In this document: piece by piece, positions 51,287 to 64,000 of the stretch
How positions within the stretch are numbered: position 1 is the stretch's first letter
Layout of the letters: each line of letters begins with the position of its first letter
From: Octopus sinensis
Lineage: Eukaryota
Length of the DNA: 64,000 nucleotides
Direction of reading: 5' to 3'
Assembly (NCBI RefSeq): GCF_006345805.1
Contig: NC_042997.1
Location: 54,126,001 to 54,190,000 of the forward strand
Notes under the pieces: generated by a model
The model's database searches: none
The model's input: the letters and a program-made list of their open reading frames with translations, nothing else
What the model was told of the DNA's origin: nothing
Translations under genes and position numbers: made by a program

Positions 51287-52786
51287 CACTGAACCGCAAA
51301 ATAAACATAATTTTTTCAAATGTCATTTTTATAAAGTAAATTTTGAAAATTTATTTTGGGGATGTAAGTTTAAATATTCCAAGGCATACTGGTTTATGAC
51401 TGAAACCAAAATTGCAGGTAATCTTTCATGAAATGGGACACCAAAATGCAGCTGTGCCAAATGCTGTGGGTAGCAGTCACAAACAACTGTCATGAAAACC
51501 AAAATGCACATGCATCTCATGGAGGTTATGGGTATAAAAATCAACTTAAACTGCGTTCCTGGCATTTGTAATTTGGACGCATCAGGTATGACCTGATTGT
51601 CAGTAGCACAGACAGAACAAGCAATTGGCCAATTGCAAGCAGGGCAGCATGCCCTGGTTGTTGCGAAAGGTTACAATATCCATATCAGCATCATCTACCG
51701 CAACAGCAATACAACAACACCAACAGCACTGCAGACCATGCCTGCAGAGGGCGCTCCTGGGTGATCATGCCCAGGCAGGACTGCTTCATCTACGTGAAAC
51801 ACCTCCGTGATCGCTTCTGACTGGCCAGTGTGACAGCTCGCAAGACCATTGCCACTGGACAGCAACCCATCAGCAACAACGTGGTACGACGTTGACTGGT
51901 TGCCAACAACTTGCGTTTCTGTCATCCTGCTCAAAGGCCTGCCCACCACCATCAGGCACGTCTACAGTGGGCTACACAGCACCAACGCTGGTGGCATCAA
52001 CAATGGAGGTCAACAGTCTTCTCTGACGAGAGCCGATACTGTGTTTCCACCTCAGATGGCAGAGTGAGGGTTGGCTTATGAGGGGTGAACGCTACAGAGA
52101 CACGTGTGTCATGGAGAGATGTGTGGAGTGGCCAAAGCATCATGGTTTAGAGTGCTATAGACCAGAATCAGAGAATTGGGCCCCATGTGTTCCAAAATAT
52201 TGGTGCAAGCAGAAGGAATAGCATTACGGTGCAGCACTATGTTGATCAGATCCTAAGACCTCACATTGTGCCCTTCTTCACGCGTCCCCATAGCTATGTG
52301 TCCCAGCAGGACAATACTCCCTCCCACATGGCCAGGGTCACCACAGACTTCCTGCATCAGCACAACATCAGAAATATGCCATGGCTGGCTCTCAGCCCAT
52401 ATTTGAACCCCATTGAACACCTGTTCGATGAAATCCAGAGATAGCTAAACCACGTGGGCCCAAGGCCAACAACTCGTTTGGAACTAAAGGCAGGTTTCCT
52501 CAAGGTGTGGGCACAGGTGCCAATGGCTTTTGTGAACCACCTCATGCACTCTATGTACCGATGGTGTATGGCCATTTTGAACATCTAGGGAGGGTATACA
52601 CAGTATTGAACATGTCACACCCTACAATTTTGATGTGCTAGATCTGCCCACTACCAGGACACATGACAATGACCCATAGACTGTAGTCAAAGTGCATTCA
52701 AGAAATTGACTTTATCAGATTTATCAAAATTTTTCTCTGACCTAATGAAATTAAAGCATATTTCACATTTCTTTTGCAGTTCAGTG
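51287..52786 (+). mobile_element. Full-length-size Tc1-like transposon relic (1.5 kb)
   Basis: TA|CACTGAACCGCAAAA ... TTTTGCAGTTCAGTG|TA; FSDESRY, QQDNTPSH, WLALSPYLNPIEHL; multiple frameshifts and stops. Confidence 0.92.
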
Positions 52787-53013
52787 TATTACACTCTATT
52801 ATTTGTGCAATGAGTTTTAGTCTGTATTTCAATATTGAAATAAATTGCATTTAAACTGGTTACATCTGACCCAGTTATTCTTGCTGTTTCACATTTAAAC
52901 TGGCCAGATCCAGGCTCTTGCACTTAAAAGATCATTCTAAAAGCAAGCGATCAAATTATCAAAATCTTGAAATTATGAAGATAATGCATGCTTTATTCAA
53001 AACAATGTGAATA

Positions 53014-54488
53014 TGAAGATGGTATCCAAAAGTTATGTTTAGGAAGAAATAACTGATGTACCTAAGTTTTAACATCATCTACTTCAAAATAGCCACCTTG
53101 TGCAGCAAACACTGGTCCCAGCATTCTTATTTCTTTACTGCCTACAAGGGGCTACACACAGAGGGGTCAAACAAGGACAGACAAATTGATTGAGTCGATT
53201 ATATCGACTCCAGTGCATAACTGGTACTTAATTTATCGACCCGGAAAGGATGAAAAGCAAAGTCGACCTTGGCGGAATTTGAACTCAGAATGTAGTGGCA
53301 GACAAAATACTGTTAAGAATTTCGCCCAACATGCTAATGATTCTGCCAGCTCGCCACTGATCCCAACATTCCTGCCACTTTTGGAATCCAGCCTGGAAGT
53401 CATTTTCTGTAAGCAAGTCAAAGACCTTCTGTGATTTGCTCTGGATCTTGACAACAGTGTTAAAACAGTGACCCTTAAGCTGCAGTTTCATCTTGGGGAA
53501 GAGATAGAAATCCACAGGTGCTAAATCTGGAAAGTATGGTGGGTGCAGAAGTGATACTATGTTGTTTTTTGGTGAGAAACTTATGAGTGAGGGGAGCTTG
53601 TTGATAGGGTGCATTGATGTCATGAAGAATCCAATTCTTCGTGTTGCACAGATCTGGTCACTTTTGCTAAATGTCCTCTCTCAATGCACAATGCTACAGA
53701 TGTCAAAACAATAATGATGAGCATGCTCTTAATTGAGCAGCCAATCTGTTTTGTCTTCTTTGGTTGTGGAGATGAAGGGCTCTTCCATTGTGATGACTGC
53801 AGCTTTGTCTCAGGGTTGTACCCATAGACACAACTCTCATCATTGGTGGTGATCCTCGACAAGAAGGATGGGTCATCAGCAGTACACCAACAGAGATCTT
53901 GACAGATTTCAATGGTGGTCAGTAGGCAGGGGACAAACTTGGCAGAGACATGCTGCATGTCCAAATCAGACGTTAGGATGGCCTGCATGGACTCATATGA
54001 GAGACCAACAACATCAGCAATGTCGTTGATTGTCCTCTGACGATCCTCATGCACAAGCTGATGAATTTTCTACACATTTCTGGGGGTGACACTTGTGGCA
54101 GATCTTCTAGTTCGCTCATCGTCTTCTAGAAATGTTCTTCCACTTTTGAAACACCGATGCTACTCGAAACATTGTGTACAACCCATTGCCTCATCGCTGT
54201 AAGTTTGCTGAAGAATGCTCAATGTCTCTGTAGCAGACTTCCCTAGTTTAATGCAAAATTTCACATTGGCTCTTTGTAACTGTCCATGACAAAACTGGAG
54301 AACTGGAGACTACAGAATACATGTGATCACAAAAACACAAATTTCACACCTTGCGAAGTAAACACAGCAGAGTTACTCAGCACACTGCCTCATGAAGGTC
54401 ACTGCTAGCTTTCACTGCACATGCAATCATGTGCTGCCATCTGCTGGCATGCTTCAGAACTAGTCCAGGAACTTTTTGATACCACCTA
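53014..54488 (-). mobile_element. mariner transposon relic
   Basis: TIR cores GGTATCCAAAAGTT / AACTTTTTGATACC; AKFVP, ITTNDESCVYGYNPETKLQSSQW, HPPYFPDLAPVDFYLFPKMK. Confidence 0.92.
53127..53354 (-). mobile_element. SINE family B inserted in the mariner ORF
   Basis: 17-bp TSD CACTGGTCCCAGCATTC (53110) / CACTGATCCCAACATTC (53355). Confidence 0.9.
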
Positions 54489-54831
54489 TAAGATTACATT
54501 TGATAGAATATTCTGAATGTTAAGAAATTTACAGCTACGTAATCTATTTTCGTGGAAATTTTTATAGAGAACAAAGTTGCTACTAGCTAATATTTTCCTG
54601 TATAGTTTTTAATTCTATTCTGTTGTAATTGTTTGTAGAAGTTTCTTGATGTAGTTGCTAAGCAGAAGAGTTGAGAATGGAATTTGATAGGCAGAAACTG
54701 TATATATTCATGTATGCACACACATAACATATACATACATTCATACATACATACATGCATACATACATACATACATACATACATACATACATACATACAT
54801 ACATACATACATACATACATACATACATACA

Positions 54832-55069
54832 TTATTATGGCTGCCCCCTCGTTATCGAGTATGGCCATTGCACGAAACTTAACTGTTACTGGTGCTGTGA
54901 TCGAATGTGACTTTTTAGCCCAGCTAAAGATCTACAATGTCTTGTACAAAATTGGCAACTAAGACCTTTACTGGTAATAGCCGGCTGTAGTTGTAACTGG
55001 GCTTCATGTACCTTTGCATGTCGTTTAAGTCCTCCTGCCAAATTACACTCTCTTCCACATGCCCGACAT
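54832..55069 (-). mobile_element. RTE/BovB-like LINE extreme 3' end encoding two C2H2 fingers, inside (ATAC)n
   Basis: CRACGRECNLAGGLKRHAKVH...CQFCTRHCRSLAGLKSHIRSQH*, short 3' UTR with stem CTCG-ATAA-CGAG, microsatellite on both sides. Confidence 0.7.
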
Positions 55070-56297
55070 ACATACATACATATATAGAACACACATACAT
55101 TTGTGTGTATGTGTGTGTACTATATATATATGTATGTATGTATTTGCATATGTTTACGTCTGAACAATCCTTTAGGCTACTGGTTATGACTTTAGTCTCA
55201 TTGTATCGTACAAAACCTCTAAAACAGGAATAAGACTTGGATGGATGTAGTTGACTAAAAACCCTTGAAGTGTAAAAAAAATATTGTTGCTCTTCATTTA
55301 TGTGTACGTATTTGTGTGTGCAAAACAGACTTTAAGATGGAAGCTTTGAAACACTTCCCCAATGTATACTAACCTTCAAAGCTCCGCCTTGTTTATAAGA
55401 GGAGGCAGGCCAATAGTTTGTAGTGGTCCTTTTGAAAAAGTAAACATTTTTTTTTTCTTCTATTTCCTTTCTAATGTTTATTAAAAAATTCCAGTCTTAG
55501 GGACTATAAATATTTATAAGTACAATATGGATTGCAGAAATGCATGAACTCTCAGCACTTCCCCTTATAAAAGCAAGCAACAATTCAGGAACACAAATTT
55601 TGCAATTTCAGTTCCTGATTGTAACTATTTCCTTTTACTTACATTACTAATTCACTTGAGGAAGGTATGAACCTGAAAATTCTCTTCTGCTCTAAATATA
55701 GGAAAATTATGTCAAGTCAATGATAGGAAACCAATATTAAAATAAATCCATATATATGTGAAAATAATGCTGACTAGGATTTGGTATTACAGAAAATACT
55801 TTTATGCCAAACTGTCTCTGAAAATGTCAACATTGGTACAATTATGTAAAAACTTAGCAAACGTCATGTGTTTACTTTAATTTCATCTCTCTGAAGTCAA
55901 TAAAATAATTAACAAGTGTACACAGGGGAGATTCAATTTCCCCTTATACTCCTAATCTTTTATGAAAATTTATTCCATGCTTAGTAAATAAATAAATAAA
56001 TAAACCTGTTCGCTTTCTGTGAGCTCAATATTCAAAAGGAAGTAGGATTCAATTACTTTAAAAAGTTTCTCTCTAATCTATTTATCTAGTCTGGTGTGAG
56101 AGGATTCCACCCCATAACCACAGACAATTTGCATTTACTTTGGCTTTTCACTAACCATTTTTTCTTTCTTTTTTTGTACCATCCTACAGGGCAACTATTG
56201 TCACGGAATATAATTTCCCAAGTACTAGAACTTCATCTTTACTATTGCAACATTTTCAAGAAATAGAAGAAACATCTAGGAATGGTGGCACAATACT

Positions 56298-56509
56298 TTT
56301 CTACTCTAGGTACAAGGCCCGAAATTTTTGGGGAGGGAACCAGTCCATTAGATTGACCCCAGTACGCGACTGGGACTTAATTTATCGACCCTGGAAGGAT
56401 GAAAGGCAAAGTCAACCTCGGCGGAATTTGAACTCAGAACATAAAGACAGACGAAATACTGCTAAGCATTTTGCCTGGCATGCTAACATTTCTGCCAGCT
56501 TGTTGCCTT
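56298..56509 (-). mobile_element. SINE family B
   Basis: 17-bp TSD AATGGTGGCACAATACT / AATGGTGGTACGATACT. Confidence 0.9.
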
Positions 56510-56973
56510 AATGGTGGTACGATACTGTTAGAGAGTAATGTTCAGAGACATTTGATATATTCTAATGACTTACATAAGCCTTTTATTTGACTTTGGAATA
56601 GAATATATTAGCTTCAAAAAATGAGCATGAATGATTGAGTTTATAGAATTATTCAACTAATACTGTATGTGTGAGCATATCTCAAAACTTGAAATGGAAA
56701 TATTGGTGATTAAATAAAATTTAAAGACTGATGTTTTTTCACATTTGATATCTATAACCAATCTAATTCCACCAAGGCTGATTTTGCCTTTCATCTTTTT
56801 GGAGTTGATAAAATAATACCAGTTGAGCATTAGGGTCAATGTAATTGACTTACCTCCTCCCCTAAAACTGCTGCCCTTGTACCAAAATTTGAAACCAATA
56901 TTATGCATAAATTCAGTTGATCTCAAAACAATTGAATACTCATTTTCAAAACCAACAAATATCCATTTAATTT

Positions 56974-57170
56974 AAGGCAGTGGGCTAGCAGAATCATTAG
57001 CATGCTGGGCAAAATGCTTAGCAGCATTTCATCTCTCTTTACATTCTGAGTACAAATTCCACCAAGGTCAACTTTGCCTTTCATCCTTTCAGAGTCAATA
57101 AAATAAATACCAGACAAGTACTGGGGTTGTTGATGTAATTGACTTCCTCTTCCTCCAAAATTTCTGACCT
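56974..57170 (+). mobile_element. SINE family B, CpG-decayed
   Basis: Family B with CG>TG/CA changes; a further partial copy lies at 56760-56900. Confidence 0.82.
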
Positions 57171-58049
57171 GTAGAACTCGACAAGGACATCCTGCTAACC
57201 CTGGTGAAACAAAATCCCATAATAACTGTTGAGGAACTAGTAGAGAAGCTTGGATTTGATCATTCAACCATTCCTTGACATCTGCATGCCATCAGAAAAG
57301 TCATCAAATTGGGTCAATGGGTTCCTCACAAACTTTCCGAGTCTAATCACATACAGAGAGTGAATGTGTGCTCTTCTCATGAATGAATCTTTTTTGGATC
57401 GAATAGTGGCTGGTGATGAGAAATGGGTTCTCTATAAAAATGTCAAGCACTGAAGACAATGGGTAGGGAAAGGAGAAACACCAACACCCCAGGATAAAGA
57501 AGGTCTTCACCCATGTAAGATGTTGTTATCTGTTTGGTGGGCTATGAAAGGTTTAGTCCACTTTGAACTTTCCAACCCAAACCAAACGATAGCAAAGGAG
57601 ATCTGCTGTGAGCAGCTTAAATCAGTGCTGGAAGAAAAACAACCATCTTTGGTTTCAAGATGAAAGGTGTTCTTCCATCAGGATAATGCTTGGCCACATA
57701 CAGTGAGATTGACATTTCAAAGACTGGAGCAGTTTGAATAGGAAACGATGCCCCACCCACCATATTCACCGGACATCACATCACTCCATCTGATTATCAA
57801 TTATGTTGCAGTCTTTGGACAGAAAAAATATGAATTCTGTAGATGAGGTCAGAACAGTACTAGAGGAGTATTTTTCATTAGGAACAAGTGAATTTTGGAA
57901 GAGAGGCCTTGCAAGTCTACCAGATAGATGGAAGAACATTGTAGAAAATGAAGGGGAGTATATTTTAGATTAAAAAAGAATTTTGTTTATCTTAATTTTG
58001 AAAAAGAAATAAATGTAAAAAAAAACACATTATTTATGGGATGACCCAA
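57171..58049 (+). mobile_element. 5'-truncated mariner relic
   Basis: WVPHKL, IVAGDEKWVLYKN, HQDNAWPH, HPPYSPDI motifs; 3' TIR-like TTATTTATGGGATGACCCAA|TA. Confidence 0.9.
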
Positions 58050-58132
58050 TATATATATATATATATATGTATATACATCTGTTTGTTGTCTACACCACCT
58101 GTCTTCGTCTTTTGTTTTTTTGTGAGTTCTTC

Positions 58133-58198
<66 letters not shown>

Positions 58199-61045
58199 CC
58201 AGAAATTGCAATCAATCTCACCAGTATAGAAAGGCCTGAAAATGTCATGTTCACAGCTCCTCCACCTCCTCTACCTACCTTATAAAAATTTCAAAGCAAA
58301 CCCAGTTGTACTCATTTGTTAAATTTGATTAGCTTTCTAAATGAACAAAAACTTTCTTCTACAACTTGTTTTGGTTTTTAATTTAATGTTTTTTCTATGA
58401 TTGTTGCGTTATAGATGAAAATTTTCCTGTTCTAATTTCATCAAGTAAATGTTGAAGTTCTCCGTCTGTAGGTGTACCTTACACATACTCCAACTATAAA
58501 ATGGATGTAAAGATTATCATTGAATATAAGATTGAATTTGTTAATACATCTGAGAGACATTTGCTTGTAAGCTATTGTTGACATATAACTTGTCAACAAA
58601 AAAATCCACATGCTAGAGATGTTCATGTATGATGTACAAGTTGAATATGGAATGGACTCTTATACATTTATTAGTGAGGGGAAAATACCTCAGAAGTGGT
58701 ACTGTCTCATATGTGTCATAAAGTAAGTCAAACATTTTGATATATTCAGTTTATCCAAGCAATTATCCTTAGGGGTATCCAAAAACTCAAAACAAAAAGC
58801 AATTTCAATAAGATCAGTTGATTGGAATTTCTGAACAACACAAACATACAGATTCAAGAAGATCTGGTATTTAAACCCAACTCGTGGAAGAAATGAACCT
58901 GTTTTATTCTTATTATCCCTTCTCAGTGAAACATATTGTACTCAATTGGCAAGGCTCTGCTTGATTAATATGTACAGAAATAGAGAAAATATATTCATGC
59001 AGATTATGAATATCAACAATATGACTGAGGAAAAATACCTTGGATGGGGAGCATTTTGTATATCATCATTTTAACATCCACTTTTCCATGCTTGTATGGG
59101 TCAGGAGGAATTTGTTGTGACAGATTTTTTATGACTGGACGTCATTCCTTTCATGAACCAAAGTAATAAACTGCTAATCTTTTGAACAATAAACAAATGA
59201 AATATAGTTACACAGTAAGTTGGGAAAAAAAACACTAAGAATGATTCTTTTGGTTCAAAAAGATTGTGCAACATATCGAGACAGGCCAAGAAGCCCAGAC
59301 ATGCTTTTTGCAGTTGATTGCTAGCAAAGGACACTACCTGTATTGTTGTTTACAATCAGTGAGAACATGTGAAGGCAAAGGGAAATATGAACTCACTCAC
59401 ACAAATACACACACAAACACACACACACACTCACTCACTCATGTATTTATATCTATATACAACAGGTTTCTTCCATTTCTTTCACAAAATATTGGTTGAC
59501 CTGGGTCTATAGTATAAAACACCAGCTGACAGTATCCACATGCGCAATGAGACTAAACTGCGAAGCAAGTGGTTTCAAGGCGAACTTCTTAACCACACAG
59601 CCATCACTACGCCTACTTTATTCAAAGTACAAATATAGAAGGTCATACATATGCAACATAGAAAGTTGAAAAACTTCCATCAATTAAGGTTATCTAGCTA
59701 TAATGTTATTCATAATCGTTATCGTTACGTTCCTTTTATTTCTCTATGTATTGATTACTCCTAGTCTTACAAAATAGAATATAGTTCACTAAGAAGGTAT
59801 AATAAGACTGAAACACGTTTACTGCTTTCCCCAGCTGGCTTTAAAACCTAGATTCATTCCACTTTGCCTTGTCCAAAAAGTGTGATTAACCAAGTTTTAT
59901 TGGAGTTATCTCCCTTCTCAGCTTTCAGCTTTCCAGAGACCCAAGGAGTATTTATACTATGTTGGTTGATCACAGCTGATCGAAGTTGTTCAACTCACTG
60001 CTTTATGTATGTGAGTCCTTATCGTATTCGTTACACGTTTATATAATAGTAGTGGTGTTTGGCAGAAACGTTAGACGATCGCACGAAAAGACTTGAGATA
60101 TTTAGTTACGATCCTTTATGTTTTAAGTTCAAATCTTGACAATATCAATTGAGTCAAGCTTCTCAGATTGATGAAATAAAGCATTCGTCATGTACAAGTT
60201 GATTTATTATTCCAACAATGCATCTTGGATGTCATTGGAATAATGATTATTCAAAAAATAAACTGCTCAATGCAACTCCCTATCAAAATTTGCGTTTAAT
60301 TCCATTAACGAAGTTTAAATGAGAGCATTAAAGATTCTAGATGAGACTGAATGCTAGATAATCTTCTCGTTCTTGCCTCAGGACTGCAGAAGCTGCTCTT
60401 GTTTCTCTTGCACGGTCTATTTAGAGCCTAGTATTTTTGTGCACCATCGATCTTTCAATATAAAACATCGTTTGGCAAAAAAATACTTCTTTACCACCAA
60501 TAACTCCTCTATCAATATAAATTGTCTTTCAGTTATTCTCAAGTATTAAACTCATCCGAAAGTTTAAAAACATAATCCTTGAAGTTGACAAATATGATAT
60601 GTACCTTAGATTTTGTAGGATTAGTGAATGGTATAGTCTTTTTTTAAAATTTTATTTAAAAGGGAGAATAATTGCGTAGTTGTCACATTAATGCCTTCTG
60701 AAAGTGCATTTGTGCAAAAACGAAATGAAATAACTTCAAGCGGAAATTGGAACCGGTTCATAAAATCTGATTATCAATTGCTTACCATTTTACTTGGACC
60801 TAATTTCTTTCATCAGTTCTTATGGAAATATTCATTTATGCCCCCTCCCCCACCCAATTTTTTAAAAACCCACATATGTGGTATTGATAATATCACACGT
60901 GGTTATATGTACACCTTTTATTGGGTTAACGATTATAGATGAGATATTTTATTCCCTCACAGACTTATCTTTGAGTTCTTTTTTCTAAGTGGCCGGACAT
61001 AGCTTGTTTTGAACTTGTCAAACTCTGGAACACACACACACGCGA

Positions 61046-61076
<31 letters not shown>

Positions 61077-61690
61077 CACTCCATTCTAGTCCTTGCAGAA
61101 ACCGATTGGTAAGATCAGACGTGATGGATATATAATACTGTACATTTCGGATTATACTCACACACACACACACACTTGGTATTCTGTTAGCGTACAGAAG
61201 AACTTGGTTTTGATCTTTGTACCTTACATCAATCTACTCAAAAGTACAAGATGTAAGTTTATAAGTATGTGTAAAAATAAAAATATGTATAGAAAATAGA
61301 AAGTAATCCGTGTTTTAGTAACAAAGGCTGCAATTGTTTTAAGACTTCTTTGTGTGTGTTCAGAGGGTATTAGGGACAGAAGTGAATTGACATGCGTCCT
61401 ATTAGAAATCAAAATCAAGTTTCGAGCTCCTAAATGTCGGAACGAACCATGGGAACCTCAATATAATCGCGGTCTGCTAGAAATGGCAACTATATTCCCT
61501 TAAATACCTGCTTATCCTCTTAAAATAAAAAGAAAGATATATTAAACACTGTAATACGAGAACAGATAAAGATGGGATGGGTTAATGGCCGGAATTCAGA
61601 GTTCTGATCAATAATGCCTGATTTGGGACAGAACAACAAATCACATGACAGTCACTAACACTTATATAATGTATTCTTTTAGGCACGAAG

Positions 61691-62249
61691 GCTGCGAGCT
61701 GGCAGAAACGTTAATACGCCGGGCAAAATGCTCAGTAGTATTTCGTCTGTCGCTACGTTCTGAGTTCAAATTCCGCCGAGGTCGACTTTGCCTTTCATCC
61801 TTTCGGGGTTGATTAAATAAGTACCAGTTACGCACTGTGGTCGATATAATCGACTTAATCCGTTTGTCTGTCCTTGTTTGTACCCTCTGTGTGTAGTCCC
61901 TTGTGGGTAGTAAAGAAATAGGTATTTCGTCTGCCGCTACGTTGAGTTCAAATTCCGCCGAGGTCGACTTTGCCTTTCATCCTTTCGGGGTCGATAAATT
62001 ATGTACCAGTTACGCACTGGAGTCGATATAATCGACTTATTCCGTTTGTTTGTCCTCTCTGTGTTTAGCCCCTTGTGGGTAGTAAAGAAACAGGTATTTC
62101 GTCTGCCGCTACGTTGAGTTCAAATTCCGCCGAGGTCGACTTTGCCTTTCATCCTTTCGGGATCGATAAATTAAGTACCAGTTGCGTACTGGAGTCGATC
62201 TAATCGACTGGCCCCCTTCCCCAAAATTTCGGACCTTGTGTCTAGAAAA
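61691..62249 (+). mobile_element. Trimeric SINE family B within a single 19-bp TSD
   Basis: One head plus three ~170-185 bp body units; perfect TSD TATTCTTTTAGGCACGAAG at 61672-61690 and 62250-62268. Confidence 0.92.
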
Positions 62250-63220
62250 TATTCTTTTAGGCACGAAGTCCTGGGGTAGTAATTTGAAGGCGATTCATAT
62301 CACAGCCGTAAAACTAGAAAAAAAAAGCTATGACTGAATACAATTCAAGCACGAACATATTACATTTTCTAATGCTTCAAATGTGTATATTAAATCATTA
62401 CATACATACGTAAGAGAGAGAGAGAGAGAGAGAGAGTGTGTGTAATAGATATTAATATCAATATATATTTAACAAGTACAGTATTGTTTAATCCAATATA
62501 GCAGAAGGAAAGAAAGAAAGAAGGAAGGAAGGAAAGAAAGAAATGGTTATATATTAATATTTGAAACTTTATTGTTTATTCCTTTCGAAAACTTAATGAC
62601 TATTTCTGGTATTCTAGTTTCTAGTTGTGTTTTCTTTTTAGCTTTGATTGTAATATGACGGATCATCCGTGTCATTCGTACGTTTCCCAAGGGTATTAGC
62701 GGCCTAAAGGGAATAGTTTTAGCTGAGGAATGAAACTATATCTCGTCTCGATTACTGGAACTTACCACTTGTTTCTAATACTTACATAACACACATAACA
62801 CACACTTAGTGATTGCTAACGTTCTCTCTCCCTCTCTTTCTTTCTCTCTCTCTCTCTCTTTCTCTCTTTCACTCATATACATACATGAGCGCGTGCGCAC
62901 ACATACACGGATTAATGGATGCTTGAGGGTACGCACACATGTCTGTAAGATGCGCCAACATATTAGAAGCACATGCTATGTCGCTACATATTTATATGAG
63001 AGTGTACACGTTTGGGTATCGTACGTACGTATGTATGTTATTTAGATATTGCATTTGTTGGGTTTAAAATTACAATGAGTTTAAAGAAAAAGAACGAACT
63101 ACCTCTGAGAATACACACACACACACACTAACATAGAGTGAGGAAAGAAGCTGTCTGGTGTTTTGAAGGCAGCTTCAGTGTTGATCGACCTCAAGTTCAT
63201 CACCACCTCCTCTGCCTTAC

Positions 63221-63400
63221 CTACTCGAACTATAAGGGAATCCGGTGTGAGAAAGCAGCCTTGCTGAGAGTTCTTCCTACATGACACTAACAGGCACAAC
63301 AGAATACTTAACTCTCTCTCTCGTCTCATGTCTGAAAAGATATGTTTTCCAGAGAGCAACAGATATAAGAACAAAACAATGTTTCTACTATCAGACAGAA
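63221..63400 (-). promoter_or_regulatory. Possible first exon/5' end of the minus-strand host gene
   Basis: TAG|gtaagg donor at 63220 in unique, more GC- and CpG-rich sequence; upstream boundary is approximate. Confidence 0.3.
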
Positions 63401-63725
63401 GCTATCAAATGATACGACTGAACAAAGAATAGAATCAAACCAAACTGTGTGTATGAAAATTAGTGAAAAAAAGTGTTGGAGTTGTACTGTGGGACATTTA
63501 GAACTGTTCCGAATTTTACATTGTATTAAGTTTTAACAAGACACAGTATTATGCGAGCATAATTGAATTACACTGTGAAGTTACTATGCTATGTTTCAAT
63601 ACTCAGTTTCCCATATTTTCATAGAAATTTCACAACATTGTCATTTCTGCTGTCCCAATAGCAATTATCATTTCGTTTGAGTGAGAGGAGTGAGTCGTTT
63701 TCTTCGTTATTTTTATCTTTTCATC

Positions 63726-63881
63726 GCAGGCGTGGCCGTGTTAAGAAGCTTGCTTCCCAACTACATGGTTCCGGGTTCAATCCCACTGCGTGGCACCTTG
63801 GGCAAGTGCCTTCTGTTATAGCCTTGGGCTGACCACAGCCTTGTGAGTGGATTTGGTAGACGGAAACTGAAAGAAGCCCGT
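63726..63881 (+). mobile_element. SINE family A head/core
   Basis: Matches family A up to GAAAGAAGCCCGT. Confidence 0.85.
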
Positions 63882-64000
63882 ATTATATACATATATATAT
63901 ATAGCAGCAAATTGAGGAACGGCCATAATAGGCCGTTCAACCCACTAGAAATAACAGCCAAGGCTTCAACCGCAAAATAGTAGTAATTCCGTAAATCAGG

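Larger units (their letters stand above)
52848..54520. mobile_element. piggyBac-like MITE P1 split by a mariner
   Basis: P1 body at 52848-53013 resumes at ~54490-54520. Confidence 0.6.

Overview
AT-rich, microsatellite-dense metazoan genomic DNA that is almost entirely intronic or intergenic. The SINE repertoire, RTE tails and repeat density suggest a coleoid cephalopod, probably Octopus (inference, no database search run). No complete host gene is present, and most ORF-track entries are microsatellite or SINE artefacts. The window holds at least four tRNA-headed SINE families, some with clear 17-19 bp TSDs. It also holds RTE, CR1-group, R4-like and CRE-like LINE fragments, three Penelope-like fragments (one with an open GIY-YIG ORF), four Tc1/mariner relics, hAT- and piggyBac-type MITEs, non-autonomous Helitrons, a ~1.9 kb near-identical tandem duplication and several long fold-back palindromes. 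Weak to moderate splice evidence suggests a large minus-strand host gene (ATG-bearing exon 33223-33326, possible 5' end near 63.2-63.4 kb) and a plus-strand spliced transcript (8536-8704, 9990-10032). The most interesting signal is a set of short modules embedded in (TA)n tracts. They carry minimal type I hammerhead-ribozyme-like motifs (one with a non-canonical CCGACGA core), U-rich tails and long hairpins, consistent with a Penelope-dependent, retrozyme-like system.
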